Shown piece after piece: positions 47,000-56,189 of a DNA stretch of 64,000 nt (its first letter is position 1; the number at the start of each line of letters is the position of its first letter). A model generated the notes under the pieces. It ran no database searches, was not told the DNA's origin, and worked only from the letters and a program-made list of their open reading frames with translations. Origin of the DNA: Minisyncoccia bacterium (GTDB taxonomy: Bacteria > Patescibacteriota > Minisyncoccia > Phycocordibacterales > PALSA-1337); the NCBI GenBank assembly GCA_049997795.1, contig JBEKVT010000001.1, positions 173,222-237,221 of the forward strand. The letters run 5' to 3'. The translations under genes and the position numbers were made by a program.

Positions 47000-47530
47000 T
47001 TACTCCGCATTGGTGAAGACTTCTTGCACCTCCTCGCTCCCCTCGAGGTCAGCGACGATCGCCGAGAGCTTATCGATGTCGGCGTCATCGAGCGGCATGA
47101 CGGAGGTCGGCGTCCAGGCGAGGCCGTGCCTTTGGAAGGCCCAGGAGGCGCTGCCCGGCGCGGCCAGGGCGAGCCCGTGCTTTGAGAGGATGAATTTTAT
47201 GTCCTGGGCGGCCTTGTTCCGGTTGTCGGTCAACGCCTCGATCAATATCGCCACCCCGCCCGGGCCGTAGGCCTCATAGATGTGCGATTCCATGGCGGCC
47301 GAGTTGTCGGCAATGGCCTTCTTGATGGCCCGGTCGATGGTGTCGTTCGGCATATTCTCCTTCCGGGCCTTGTCAATGGCGGCCGAGAGGCCCGGCGAAG
47401 CCTGGTTGCCCCCGGACTTTTTCGCCTCGACGGAGATGAGCCGAACGAGCTTGCCGAAATGGGCGCTCTTCTCGGCGTCATTCTTCGCCTTTAGGTGCTT
47501 TATCTTCGAGAATTTGTTGTGTCCGGACAT
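47000..47530 (-). CDS. yebC: YebC/PmpR family probable transcriptional regulator (short form)
   Basis: MSGHNKFSKIKHLKAKNDAEKSAHFGKL matches the YebC N-terminus; 176 aa. Confidence 0.8.
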   Translation of the reverse strand: MSGHNKFSKIKHLKAKNDAEKSAHFGKLVRLISVEAKKSGGNQASPGLSAAIDKARKENMPNDTIDRAIKKAIADNSAAMESHIYEAYGPGGVAILIEALTDNRNKAAQDIKFILSKHGLALAAPGSASWAFQRHGLAWTPTSVMPLDDADIDKLSAIVADLEGSEEVQEVFTNAE

Positions 47531-47536
47531 GATGTG

Positions 47537-48547
47537 TCAGATCAATCTGCCGCGAGGCCTGGTCCCGAGATGTTTTGCGGCCTTTTCCGTGGCGATCCGG
47601 CCCCTCGGGGTGCGCTCGAGCATGCCGAGCTGTATGAGATACGGCTCGTACACTTCCTCGACGGTGGATTGCTCCTCGGACAAGGCGGCGGCGATGGTAT
47701 TCAAGCCGACCGGGCCGCCGTTGAACTTCTCGATGATCGTCCTCAAGATGCCGCGATCGGCGGAGGTCAGGCCGATCTCGTCGACTCCGAGCATAGCCAA
47801 GGCCCTCTCGACGACCTCCTTGGTGAGAGGGGTCTTGCCTATCTGAGCGTAGTCGCGGCAACGCTTCAGGTGATAGTTCGCGGTCCGAGGCGTGAAACGG
47901 GAGCGCCTGGCGATCTCACCCACGGCCCCCTCGTCGATGTCGACGCCGAGCTTCTTCGCCGAACGGCGGACGATCTCTGCTATCTCCGCGTCGGAATAGA
48001 ACTCCAGCTTGAAGACCCCGCCGGAAAAACGGGATCGCAGGGGAGACGAGATCATGGCGATCCTGGTGGTGGCGGCGATCAAAGTGAAAGGCGGCAAGTC
48101 CAACTGGATCGTCCTTGCCGACGGCCCCTTGCCTATGATAATGTCGAGCGTTCCGGATTCCATTGCGGGGTATAAGACTTCCTCAATGGCCTTATTGAGG
48201 CGATGGGCCTCGTCTATGAAGAGGATGTCGCCGGCGGAAAGGTTCGTGATTATGGAAGCCAGATCCCCCACCTTGAGTATGGCCGGCCCCGAAGTCACCT
48301 TTATCTCCGCGCCGGTCTCCTTGGCGACCAGATAGGCGAGGGTGGTCTTGCCAAGGCCGGGAGGCCCGTAAAAAAGGATGTGTTCAGGCGGGTGGGAACG
48401 CTCTTTGGCGGCGGAAAGCAGTATGTGGAGATTGTCTTTGACCGACTTCTGGCCGATGTAATCATCCCAGCGCGTCGGCCGCAGAGTCTGATCCAGGAAG
48501 ACCTCTTCCTTATCGTCCTTCCCAGCGGTCTTTGATGTTCTTGACAT
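47537..48547 (-). CDS. ruvB: Holliday junction branch migration ATPase RuvB
   Basis: LRPTRWDDYIGQ, Walker A GPPGLGKTTLA, Walker B LFIDEAHRL. Confidence 0.93.
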   Translation of the reverse strand: MSRTSKTAGKDDKEEVFLDQTLRPTRWDDYIGQKSVKDNLHILLSAAKERSHPPEHILFYGPPGLGKTTLAYLVAKETGAEIKVTSGPAILKVGDLASIITNLSAGDILFIDEAHRLNKAIEEVLYPAMESGTLDIIIGKGPSARTIQLDLPPFTLIAATTRIAMISSPLRSRFSGGVFKLEFYSDAEIAEIVRRSAKKLGVDIDEGAVGEIARRSRFTPRTANYHLKRCRDYAQIGKTPLTKEVVERALAMLGVDEIGLTSADRGILRTIIEKFNGGPVGLNTIAAALSEEQSTVEEVYEPYLIQLGMLERTPRGRIATEKAAKHLGTRPRGRLI

Positions 48548-48569
48548 ATATATATCTTTATGCTAGGAT
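48541..48569 (+). promoter_or_regulatory. plus-strand promoter-like element TTGACA-17-TAGGAT pointing into the pilB-ruvB spacer
   Basis: TTGACAtatatatatctttatgcTAGGAT; overlaps the ruvB start codon on the other strand. Confidence 0.3.
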
Positions 48570-48599
48570 ATTGAGGATCCTGATTGAAATTACGCCGGT

Positions 48600-48760
48600 T
48601 CGAGCTCGGAAACCTCTAAGCAATGGCCTTCCAAGGTTTGGGCATGGTGCTAAGGACATGTTGGTTGTCACCCTTCGGGGTGGCGTACTGAAATTATCCT
48701 CGGGACTCTGCCTCGCTTCCGGCATCACGCCGAAAGATATTGCTTAGAGATTCTCGCGCT
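48600..48760. ncRNA. candidate structured RNA element (unclassified)
   Basis: 11-bp perfect long-range complementarity CTCTAAGCAAT (about 48614-48624) with ATTGCTTAGAG (about 48739-48749), enclosing a CACCC-UUCG-GGGUG tetraloop hairpin and a TGCC-ggaagcga-GGCA hairpin; strand undetermined. Confidence 0.25.
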
Positions 48761-48856
48761 TGAATCTCATATAAAAAGTATTTCTTCCGCTATCCTACTC
48801 TCAACCGTATTTAAAAAGCAATTGACAAGGCTGGGGATAGCGGGTTTTGTTGCAGA

Positions 48857-50530
48857 TCAATCGGTGATGGAGATGACCCGCTCCAATTCCTCGAGCGAGG
48901 TCATGCCTGAAAGGACCTTCAGGACGCCGTCCTGCTTCATGGTCAAGAGACCTTGTCCTCTGGCGGCGAGCCATATCTCCCGGTCGCTTTGGCTCGCCTG
49001 CACGGCCTTTTCTATCCGCTCGTCCATGAGAATTGCCTCATATATGCCTACCCGGCCCTTGTAGCCGGTCTTGTTGCACTTGTCGCAGCCGGCAGCCGAC
49101 CACATCTTCGAACGGCCGGCCGGGACGAGAGCCTTGTCCTCGATGCTGGCGATCGTCGCTTCTATGTCCGACTTCGCTTGGCCGTCGACCGCCCCCTCCT
49201 TCCTGCAATACGGGCAGAGGCGGCGTACGAGCCGCTGGGCCATCGAGACCCTGAGAGCCGACGGGATGGTGGTCGGATTGGCGCCCAGGTCTATGAGGCG
49301 CGGGAACGTCCCGGCGGCATCGTTAGTATGCAGGGTTGAGAAGACGAGATGGCCGGTCAAGGCTGAATTGATGGCGATCCCGGCCGTCTCGCCGTCGCGG
49401 ATCTCACCGATCATTATGATGTCCGGGTCCTGGCGCACGGCGGCCCGGAGGCCTTCCAGGAAGTTATAGCCCTTCTCGTTGACTTGGGTCTGGACGATGC
49501 CGGGCAGATGGTATTCGATCGGGTCTTCGATGGTGATGATCTTGACTTCCGGAGTGTGGACTTTCTTCAGGAAGGCGTACAAAGTCGTGGTCTTGCCCGA
49601 GCCGGTCGGCCCGGTGGTCAAGATCATGCCGTTCGGCCGGTTCATCTCAGCCGTAAGGATGCCGAGGAGCTTCGGATGGATGCCGAGCTCCTCCAGGGGC
49701 ACGCTGATCGCCTTCGGATTGAGGAGCCGCATGACCACCGACTCGTTGTAAGCACCGGGAAGGACAGAAGCGCGGACCTCGACGTCGCCTATAGCCAGGC
49801 GGATCGAGAAGCGCCCGTCCTGGGAGTCTTTCTTGACGTTCAGCTTCATGCCGGAGATCAGTTTGATGCGCGACAGGAGCAGGTTGTACGTATCGTTGTC
49901 GAAGCGGATAACATCTTGGAGAACCCCGTCCAGACGATACCTGAGCCGTACGTATGCTTCCTCTGGCTCGAAATGTACGTCGGAGGCGTCTATGGCTAGA
50001 GCCCCAGCGATGGCGGTCTCCAGGATGCGGGAGACCCGGTAGACTTTCTTGGCGGAGATGGTGTTCTCCAGGATGGAGACGATGGTCGGCAGGCTCTTCG
50101 CTTGATCGATGATGGCGGCGATCTCGGCGCTGGATATCTCGAGCGAGCCAGCCCGGCTCTCATAGGCGAACGACAAGTCTTTGTAAGATCTCCAAGCCTT
50201 CTCCAGGCTCTGGGTGGAAGCGATGGCGAGCTCCGGCTGGTATCCTTTGGCGGCGATGCCGTTTATCACTTCGCGGGCCTTCGGATCTTCCGGATTCCGG
50301 GCGGCAACTTTGACTTTCTTGTCGATCAAGGCATAAGCGGCCACCTTCGCGGCCCTGGCCGTCTGCTCGTCTATGAGGCGCAGAGCGTCGGTGTTGATGC
50401 CGGTTCCGAGCAGGTTGACGTATTCCAGACCGTACTTGCCGGAAAGGAGCTGGACCAGGTCTTCCTCCTCCTTGCGCATAAGGTCGTTATATCTTTGTTT
50501 CTGCTTGTCCTCGTCGAATTTGATGGCCAT
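48857..50530 (-). CDS. pilB: type IV pilus assembly / type II secretion ATPase (PilB/GspE family)
   Basis: Walker A TGPTGSGKTTTLYA, Asp and His boxes, C-terminal tetra-Cys motif CPYC...CDKC; start chosen at MAIKFDED, 10 nt downstream of a TGcTATAAT. Confidence 0.85.
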   Translation of the reverse strand: MAIKFDEDKQKQRYNDLMRKEEEDLVQLLSGKYGLEYVNLLGTGINTDALRLIDEQTARAAKVAAYALIDKKVKVAARNPEDPKAREVINGIAAKGYQPELAIASTQSLEKAWRSYKDLSFAYESRAGSLEISSAEIAAIIDQAKSLPTIVSILENTISAKKVYRVSRILETAIAGALAIDASDVHFEPEEAYVRLRYRLDGVLQDVIRFDNDTYNLLLSRIKLISGMKLNVKKDSQDGRFSIRLAIGDVEVRASVLPGAYNESVVMRLLNPKAISVPLEELGIHPKLLGILTAEMNRPNGMILTTGPTGSGKTTTLYAFLKKVHTPEVKIITIEDPIEYHLPGIVQTQVNEKGYNFLEGLRAAVRQDPDIIMIGEIRDGETAGIAINSALTGHLVFSTLHTNDAAGTFPRLIDLGANPTTIPSALRVSMAQRLVRRLCPYCRKEGAVDGQAKSDIEATIASIEDKALVPAGRSKMWSAAGCDKCNKTGYKGRVGIYEAILMDERIEKAVQASQSDREIWLAARGQGLLTMKQDGVLKVLSGMTSLEELERVISITD

Positions 50531-50540
50531 ATTCCCGCTA

Positions 50541-50549
50541 ATTATAGCA
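50541..50549 (-). promoter_or_regulatory. extended -10 TGcTATAAT (minus strand) 10 nt upstream of the pilB start
   Basis: reverse complement of attatagca. Confidence 0.45.
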
Positions 50550-50582
50550 GGAACGAGGCCGGCCTCCGCCGCCCCGGGGGTA

Positions 50583-50612
50583 TTGACTTTTTCATATATT
50601 GTGTGGTAGAAT
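50583..50612 (+). promoter_or_regulatory. sigma70-type promoter TTGACT-18-TGgTAGAAT for the lipoprotein gene
   Basis: tatTGACTttttcatatattgtgTGgTAGAATtg, followed by the Shine-Dalgarno GGAGG 10 nt before the ATG at 50665. Confidence 0.55.
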
Positions 50613-50664
50613 TGCGTCGCAACTCTGACAGAATAAGCTGTGAGTTGTAGGAGGCTCTTTCCCA

Positions 50665-51093
50665 ATGAAAACAATGATTCGTTCGTTCGCAAGCTTGTTC
50701 GCAGCGCCCTTGGTGCTGCTGTTCGCAGGTTGTAACCACACGACATCGCATTCGTCAGTGGAACAATTCCCCGACGGGCACTATAGCGATATCGTCGATT
50801 ATAAATCGACGTCAGTATCTCCGTTTGTGTTCGTGTGCGCCGGGGATCTGCCGGTGGCTCAGCCGATCTCCCAGCGAGTCGTCGTGGGGCCGCCCGCCAT
50901 GCGTGGTACCGCCTACCCGTCCCCCGGCCCCGGCAGTTTCTCGCCGGCGCCCCGGGCGCAGGGCACGGGCGGCAACGGCCACTGGTTCTTCATGCCTGAC
51001 GGCACCTACGTTTTTGTCCCGTCCGCTCAGGCCGAGAAGGAACAGATAGGCCAGACGGAACGAAACCTCGGCATCAAGCCACACAATCTGTAG
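50665..51093 (+). CDS. hypothetical lipoprotein
   Basis: signal peptide with lipobox LLFAGC; Pro/Gly-rich. Confidence 0.55.
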   Translation: MKTMIRSFASLFAAPLVLLFAGCNHTTSHSSVEQFPDGHYSDIVDYKSTSVSPFVFVCAGDLPVAQPISQRVVVGPPAMRGTAYPSPGPGSFSPAPRAQGTGGNGHWFFMPDGTYVFVPSAQAEKEQIGQTERNLGIKPHNL

Positions 51094-51117
51094 CCGTTCC
51101 GGCCCGATCATCCCATT

Positions 51118-51150
51118 GGCCACCTTCCCCCGAAGGTGGCCATCTTTTTT
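51118..51150 (+). terminator. Rho-independent terminator after the lipoprotein gene
   Basis: GGCCACCTT-cccccg-AAGGTGGCC followed by ATCTTTTTT. Confidence 0.65.
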
Positions 51151-51170
51151 ATACGCGGTATCATTCAGCC

Positions 51171-51614
51171 ATGAAATCTTTCGAGTCGCGCTCGGTCGAA
51201 GAGACCGGAAAGATCGCCGCCGGCTGGCTTTCGGACATCACGAATAGATACATCGATCTTGATGAAGCCTTGATCGTCGGCTTATCCGGGCATCTCGGCG
51301 CGGGCAAGACGGCATTCGTAAAACTGGTGGCGAAAGAGCTTGGCGTCTCGGAAGGAGTGACGAGCCCGACCTTCGTCATCATGAAAATCTATGAGACGAA
51401 AAACGAACGCTGGCCCAGATTGGTCCACATAGACGCTTACCGCCTGGAAAAAAGGCGAGAGCTGGAAGCGATAAGATTTGAAGATGTGGTAGCAGACAAG
51501 AATAACCTAGTGATGATCGAATGGCCAGAGAACGTCGGCCTTAAGGAATTCGGCAGGTCGGCCCGCATGAGATTCGAGGCAAAGGACGGCGCTTATTCCA
51601 TCACGATAAAGTGA
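51171..51614 (+). CDS. tsaE: tRNA threonylcarbamoyladenosine biosynthesis protein TsaE
   Basis: P-loop LSGHLGAGKTAFVK and downstream SPTFVIM, characteristic of TsaE/YjeE. Confidence 0.75.
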   Translation: MKSFESRSVEETGKIAAGWLSDITNRYIDLDEALIVGLSGHLGAGKTAFVKLVAKELGVSEGVTSPTFVIMKIYETKNERWPRLVHIDAYRLEKRRELEAIRFEDVVADKNNLVMIEWPENVGLKEFGRSARMRFEAKDGAYSITIK

Positions 51615-51658
51615 TCCGTCGAGAGTGTTTTGGTCCTTCGATAGGGTACAATAAGGGC

Positions 51659-54115
51659 ATGAAGCGCCTCGTTTTATTGGATGCCCACGCCATCCTGCAC
51701 CGGGCCTACCACGCCCTGCCGGATTTCTCGACGGCGAAGGGCGAGCCGACCGGCGCTCTATACGGCCTGTCTTCGATGCTCTTGAAGACGATCGGCGATC
51801 TCGAACCGGATTACATCGTCGCCTGCTACGACGTTAAAGGCCCGACCCACCGGCACGAAGCTTTCAAGGAGTACAAGGCCCAAAGGAAAAAGGCAGAGGA
51901 GGATCTTATCGAGCAGATCAAGCGGTCACGCGACGTCTTCTCGGCCTTCGGCATCCCGATATACGACAAGCAAGGATTCGAGGCGGACGATATCCTCGGG
52001 ACGATCGCGGAGCAGCTGAAGAAGCGTGCCGACATCGAGACTATCATCGCTTCCGGCGACATGGACACTCTCCAGCTGGTCAAAGACGGCCAGGTCAAGG
52101 TCTACACCCTGAAGAAGGGCATAAGCGACACCGTCATGTACGACGAGAAGGCCGTGAAGGCGCGGTATGGCTTCGGACCGGCCCTGATCCCAGACTACAA
52201 AGGCCTTTCCGGCGATCCATCGGACAACATCCCAGGCGTCAAGGGCGTCGGCGACAAGACCGCCACCGCTCTTATCACCGCGTTCGGCCAGATCGAGAAC
52301 ATATACCGCGAATTGGAAGCCGGCCACGAGGACAAGTTCGCCAAGGCCGGCGTGAGCCCCCGGCTCGTGAAGTTGCTCAAAGAAAACAAAGAGGAAGCGG
52401 AATTCAGCAAGATGCTCGCTACCATCCGCCGAGACGTCCCCATCGAGTTCAGGCTGCCCGAAAAGACCCTCAAGGACGGGTTAGATATCTCCAAGGTGAA
52501 TGCCTTATGGAACGAGCTTGAATTCAGGACTCTGCCGCAGAGATTGAAGCAGTTGGTCGAGGACAGGTCGCAGCAAGGGAGTCGTTCCGAGGAACTCCGT
52601 GACAAGAAGGGGTCCGCACCTAAAGGAACGGGCGCAAAGACTGCTCCCGCTGGGAATGTTCCTCGGAACGACTCCCTTGCTGCTCCTAATCAATCGATGT
52701 TCGACGAACAATCTGTCGGTTCAGACGACATTGAAAAGACCGCCCTGGCCCTATGGCTGGTGAATTCGAACGTGACCGACCCGAAGAGAGAAGACATCCT
52801 GAATTTCGCCAACACGGAGGATCTCGAAGAGGCGGAGAAGGCCGTCTTCGCCGAGCTCGACAGGAGAAAGGCCCGCAAGGTCTATGAGGAGATCGAGCTG
52901 CCGCTCCTGCCCATCATCCGTAAGATGGAGAGGCGCGGCATAAAGATCGACCGCGAGGTCCTGAAGAGGCTCTCGAAGGAGTATCACGCCAAGGCGGACG
53001 GGGTAAAGAGCCTAATCTGGAAGGAGGCCGGCGCGGAATTCAACATCAATTCGCCGAAACAGCTCGGGGATGTCCTTTTCGACAGGCTCGGCTTGGCCGC
53101 GAAAGGCATGAAGAAGACGGCCGGCGGCGCTCGCTCGACGCGCGAATCGGAGCTGGAGAAATTGCGCGGCTTGCACCCCGTCATCCCGCTCATCTTCGAA
53201 TACCGCGAATTGGAGAAACTGCTCTCGACCTACATCGACGCCATTCCGCCGCTTCTCGACGGCGACGACCGTTTACATACGCGCTTCATCCAAACCGGCA
53301 CGACCACCGGCCGGATGGCCTCCGAAAATCCTAATCTGCAGAATATCCCCATCCATTCGGAGCTCGGCAAGGCCATCCGCGACGCCTTCGTGGCCGAGAG
53401 GGGGTTCGTCCTTGCGGGCCTGGATTATTCCCAGATGGAACTGCGCATCGCGGCCTTCATGTCCGGCGACCAGAAGCTCATAGACATATTCAAAAGAGGC
53501 GAAGACGTCCACAGAGCCGTGGCCAGCTACGTTTTCAAGGTGCCGAAGGATAAGGTAGACGCCGAAATGCGCCGCCGGGCCAAGGTCATCGACTTCGGCA
53601 TCATATACGGCATGGGCGTGCTCGCCCTGCGGCAGAATCTCGGCACGACCAGGGAGGAAGCGCAGAGGTTCTACAGTAATTATTTCGCCGAATTCTCGAC
53701 CCTGGCTGAATATCTCGACATCGTGAAGAGAGAAGCGGCCAAGAAGGGCTACACCGAGACATTCTTCGGCCGGCGACGGTATTTCGAAGGCATCGACTCC
53801 AGGGTGCCGTACGTCAGGGCCCAGGCCGAGCGCATGGCCATCAACGCGCCGATCCAAGGCACGGAAGCCGACGTCATTAAACTGGCTATGGTCCGCGTCG
53901 ATGAATACTTAAGGCACGAAGGCCTGGATAAAGACGCCTTCCCGCTGCTTCAGGTCCACGATGAATTGATATACGAGATCAAAGAAGACAAGGCCACGGC
54001 AGTCTCGGCGGAGATAAAGAAGATCATGGAATCCGTCATCGACCCGGAAGATACCAAGGGCGTCGTATTGAAAGCCGAGGCCCACATCGGCAAGAATTGG
54101 GGAGAGCTGAAGTAG
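51659..54115 (+). CDS. polA: DNA polymerase I
   Basis: 5'-3' exonuclease domain (LLDAHAILHRAYHAL, GVKGVGDKTA) and family A polymerase motifs (DYSQMELRI, RRRAKVIDFGIIYG, QVHDELIYE); start chosen at MKRLVLLD. Confidence 0.9.
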   Translation: MKRLVLLDAHAILHRAYHALPDFSTAKGEPTGALYGLSSMLLKTIGDLEPDYIVACYDVKGPTHRHEAFKEYKAQRKKAEEDLIEQIKRSRDVFSAFGIPIYDKQGFEADDILGTIAEQLKKRADIETIIASGDMDTLQLVKDGQVKVYTLKKGISDTVMYDEKAVKARYGFGPALIPDYKGLSGDPSDNIPGVKGVGDKTATALITAFGQIENIYRELEAGHEDKFAKAGVSPRLVKLLKENKEEAEFSKMLATIRRDVPIEFRLPEKTLKDGLDISKVNALWNELEFRTLPQRLKQLVEDRSQQGSRSEELRDKKGSAPKGTGAKTAPAGNVPRNDSLAAPNQSMFDEQSVGSDDIEKTALALWLVNSNVTDPKREDILNFANTEDLEEAEKAVFAELDRRKARKVYEEIELPLLPIIRKMERRGIKIDREVLKRLSKEYHAKADGVKSLIWKEAGAEFNINSPKQLGDVLFDRLGLAAKGMKKTAGGARSTRESELEKLRGLHPVIPLIFEYRELEKLLSTYIDAIPPLLDGDDRLHTRFIQTGTTTGRMASENPNLQNIPIHSELGKAIRDAFVAERGFVLAGLDYSQMELRIAAFMSGDQKLIDIFKRGEDVHRAVASYVFKVPKDKVDAEMRRRAKVIDFGIIYGMGVLALRQNLGTTREEAQRFYSNYFAEFSTLAEYLDIVKREAAKKGYTETFFGRRRYFEGIDSRVPYVRAQAERMAINAPIQGTEADVIKLAMVRVDEYLRHEGLDKDAFPLLQVHDELIYEIKEDKATAVSAEIKKIMESVIDPEDTKGVVLKAEAHIGKNWGELK

Positions 54116-54127
54116 TATACTTATCCC

Positions 54128-54760
54128 ATGCTCTACGTCTTCCATGGTCCTGATACGCGGGCGGCGGCGAAGAAAGCGCACACGCTCATAGATTCGTTGC
54201 GTGCCAAAAGGCCCGACGCGGCATTCGAGAAGGTCGACGCCGATTCCTGGAGCCCCGCGATCGTCGAGGGCCATCTCGGCGGGCAGGGATTATTCTCGAG
54301 CAAATACATCGTATTCCTTGACAGGGTCACGGAGAACCAGGAAGCGAAGGAGAAGATCGCCGATTTCATCAGGGCGATGGAAGAATCGCCGAACATCTTC
54401 ATCGTGCTGGAAGGGAAGCTGGGCGCCGAGCTGAAGAGAGCATTTCAGAAAGGCGCCGAGAGGGTCGTCGAATGCGAGCCGAAAGCCAAGAGCGCGCCGT
54501 TCAAGAAAGATGAATTCAATGTCTTCGCCCTGGCCAATGCCGTGGGCCGGCGCGAGCCGCTCAAGGCCTGGATCATGTATCGGCGGGCCGTGGAAGCGGG
54601 GGTCGCCGCGGAGAACATCCTCGGCGTCCTGTTCTGGAAAGCCAAATCAATGCCGTCACCGGCGCTCGCCCGGGACATCCTTCTCTTGTATCACGAGGGC
54701 CATCGCGGCGCCCGCGATCTCGAGCTCGGCTTGGAGAGGATGCTTTTAGCGATCCGATAG
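54128..54760 (+). CDS. DNA polymerase III delta subunit-like protein (short)
   Basis: MLYVFHGPD ... LFSSKYIVFLD pattern resembling the HolA N-terminal domain; only 210 aa. Confidence 0.45.
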   Translation: MLYVFHGPDTRAAAKKAHTLIDSLRAKRPDAAFEKVDADSWSPAIVEGHLGGQGLFSSKYIVFLDRVTENQEAKEKIADFIRAMEESPNIFIVLEGKLGAELKRAFQKGAERVVECEPKAKSAPFKKDEFNVFALANAVGRREPLKAWIMYRRAVEAGVAAENILGVLFWKAKSMPSPALARDILLLYHEGHRGARDLELGLERMLLAIR

Positions 54761-54770
54761 CGACAAACCG

Positions 54771-55154
54771 ATGCCAGGCTTGCAATTATTCGGGCCGGTC
54801 ATCCTCCGCCTCGTCCTCGGGGCCGTCTTCTTCGACTTCGGCAGGACGAAGGTCGCCAGGCTAAGAAGCCCGAAGAGCGCCATGTTCGAGGCCGCCGGCA
54901 TGAAGCCGGGCGGCGCTTATGTCTGGACCATAGGATTGACGGAGATGGTCGTCGGTCTGACGCTCATCGCCGGGCTCTTCACCAGGACCGCCGCGCTTAT
55001 TTCCGCCATCATCATGTCTGTCGCCCTCATTCTGAGGAAGAAGAGCCCCGCGTCATTCGAAAGCAGCGCGAGCTTCCTTTTCTTGTGCCTCGTGATCGGC
55101 CTGTCGCTCTTCATGACGGGGCCAGGATGCTGGGCGCTCGATCTCCTGTTGTGA
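54771..55154 (+). CDS. DoxX family membrane protein
   Basis: 4 TM helices, LRLVLGAVFFDFG start; C-terminal motif TGPGCWALDLLL. Confidence 0.7.
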   Translation: MPGLQLFGPVILRLVLGAVFFDFGRTKVARLRSPKSAMFEAAGMKPGGAYVWTIGLTEMVVGLTLIAGLFTRTAALISAIIMSVALILRKKSPASFESSASFLFLCLVIGLSLFMTGPGCWALDLLL

Positions 55155-55229
55155 AGAGGGTTCGTCCGACCGGCGCGCCCGGCTTAAATTGCGGAAAAAC
55201 AGCGGTGTGATAACCTGTGAAGCGCGCAT

Positions 55230-55303
55230 GCGCCCATAGCTCAGCCCGGTAGAGCACCTGCCTTTTAAGCAGAGGGTCGCTGGTTCGAATCCAGCTGGGC
55301 GCA
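55230..55303 (+). tRNA. tRNA-Lys (anticodon TTT)
   Basis: acceptor GCGCCCA/TGGGCGC, D-arm GCTC/GAGC, anticodon loop CTTTTAA, T-arm GCTGG-TTCGAAT-CCAGC; CC (not CCA) follows. Confidence 0.8.
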
Positions 55304-55309
55304 CCGGTT

Positions 55310-55684
55310 TTAGAGCGGCAGGTCGAAGGCGAACAAGCCGGGGCCGGTGAAGAGGAGCGACACGGCCATAGCGAGGAGCAGGATATAATAGTTGATGCCG
55401 TCTGAGAGCAGTTTTTTCTCTCTCGCCTTGATCCCTAGCTTGATGACGAGGATGACGGCGTTCAGAAGCGCCGCGAGCTGGGTCCACAAGCCGATGACCA
55501 AGAAGATAGCGATGAAGATCTCCACGCCGCCATACATCTTGCTGTTGCTCCCGGAGCTCTGGCCCCTCCCTTTGATCTTCTCGTAACCGAAGTAGGCGAG
55601 CGTGACGCCGAGGACGACGCGGATTATGAGCGGGGAGACCTGGCCAAACGAGAGCAGGGACGGGAACAATGATAGCGGATGCAT
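55310..55684 (-). CDS. DoxX family membrane protein (paralog)
   Basis: LIIRVVLGVTLAYFGYEK start; C-terminal TGPGLFAFDLPL parallels the neighbouring DoxX. Confidence 0.65.
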   Translation of the reverse strand: MHPLSLFPSLLSFGQVSPLIIRVVLGVTLAYFGYEKIKGRGQSSGSNSKMYGGVEIFIAIFLVIGLWTQLAALLNAVILVIKLGIKAREKKLLSDGINYYILLLAMAVSLLFTGPGLFAFDLPL

Positions 55685-55724
55685 GTTAGTGACGATAGGT
55701 TATGTGATAATGTACCAATTATAG

Positions 55725-56189
55725 ATGATTATCCTTCTGCTCGACAATGTAAGAAGCGTCTATAACACCGGCTCCATCTTCCGCACGGCCGAAACGCTGG
55801 GGATCTCCAAGATCTATTGCGCCGGCACGACGCCCGCGCCAGTCGACCGATTCGGCCGCAAGAGGAAGGATTTCGCTAAAGTAGCCCTGGGCGCGGAAGA
55901 GTCGATAGAATGGGAGCGCGTCGGACGGGCAGAGCCGGTTGTCGAGGCCCTTAAGAGCAGGGGATTCGGAGTCATCGCGCTCGAGCAGGCGGAAGGCTCC
56001 GTCGATTACAAAGAAGTCAGGCCCCGGAAGAGATCTTTGATCATCCTCGGCAACGAAGTCGACGGCGTCTCCGAGCCATTATTGGAACTGTCCGATGTCA
56101 TCGCCGAGATCCCGATGAGAGGGAGGAAAGAGTCGTTGAACGTGTCGGTAGCGGCTGGGATATTCCTCTACCGCCTATTTGACGAGTAA
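55725..56189 (+). CDS. SpoU/TrmH-family RNA 2'-O-methyltransferase
   Basis: SPOUT motifs LDNVRSVYNTGSIFRTAE, LILGNEVDGVS, IPMRGRKESLNVSVAAGIFLY. Confidence 0.8.
   Translation: MIILLLDNVRSVYNTGSIFRTAETLGISKIYCAGTTPAPVDRFGRKRKDFAKVALGAEESIEWERVGRAEPVVEALKSRGFGVIALEQAEGSVDYKEVRPRKRSLIILGNEVDGVSEPLLELSDVIAEIPMRGRKESLNVSVAAGIFLYRLFDE

Noticed and set aside
48548-48856. SRP RNA or RNase P RNA in the pilB-ruvB spacer
   Set aside because: I looked for the GGAAGCAGC / symmetric-loop motif of SRP domain IV and for the AGGAAAGUCCGGGCUCC P4 motif of RNase P RNA on both strands. Neither fits, so it is kept only as an unclassified structured-RNA candidate.
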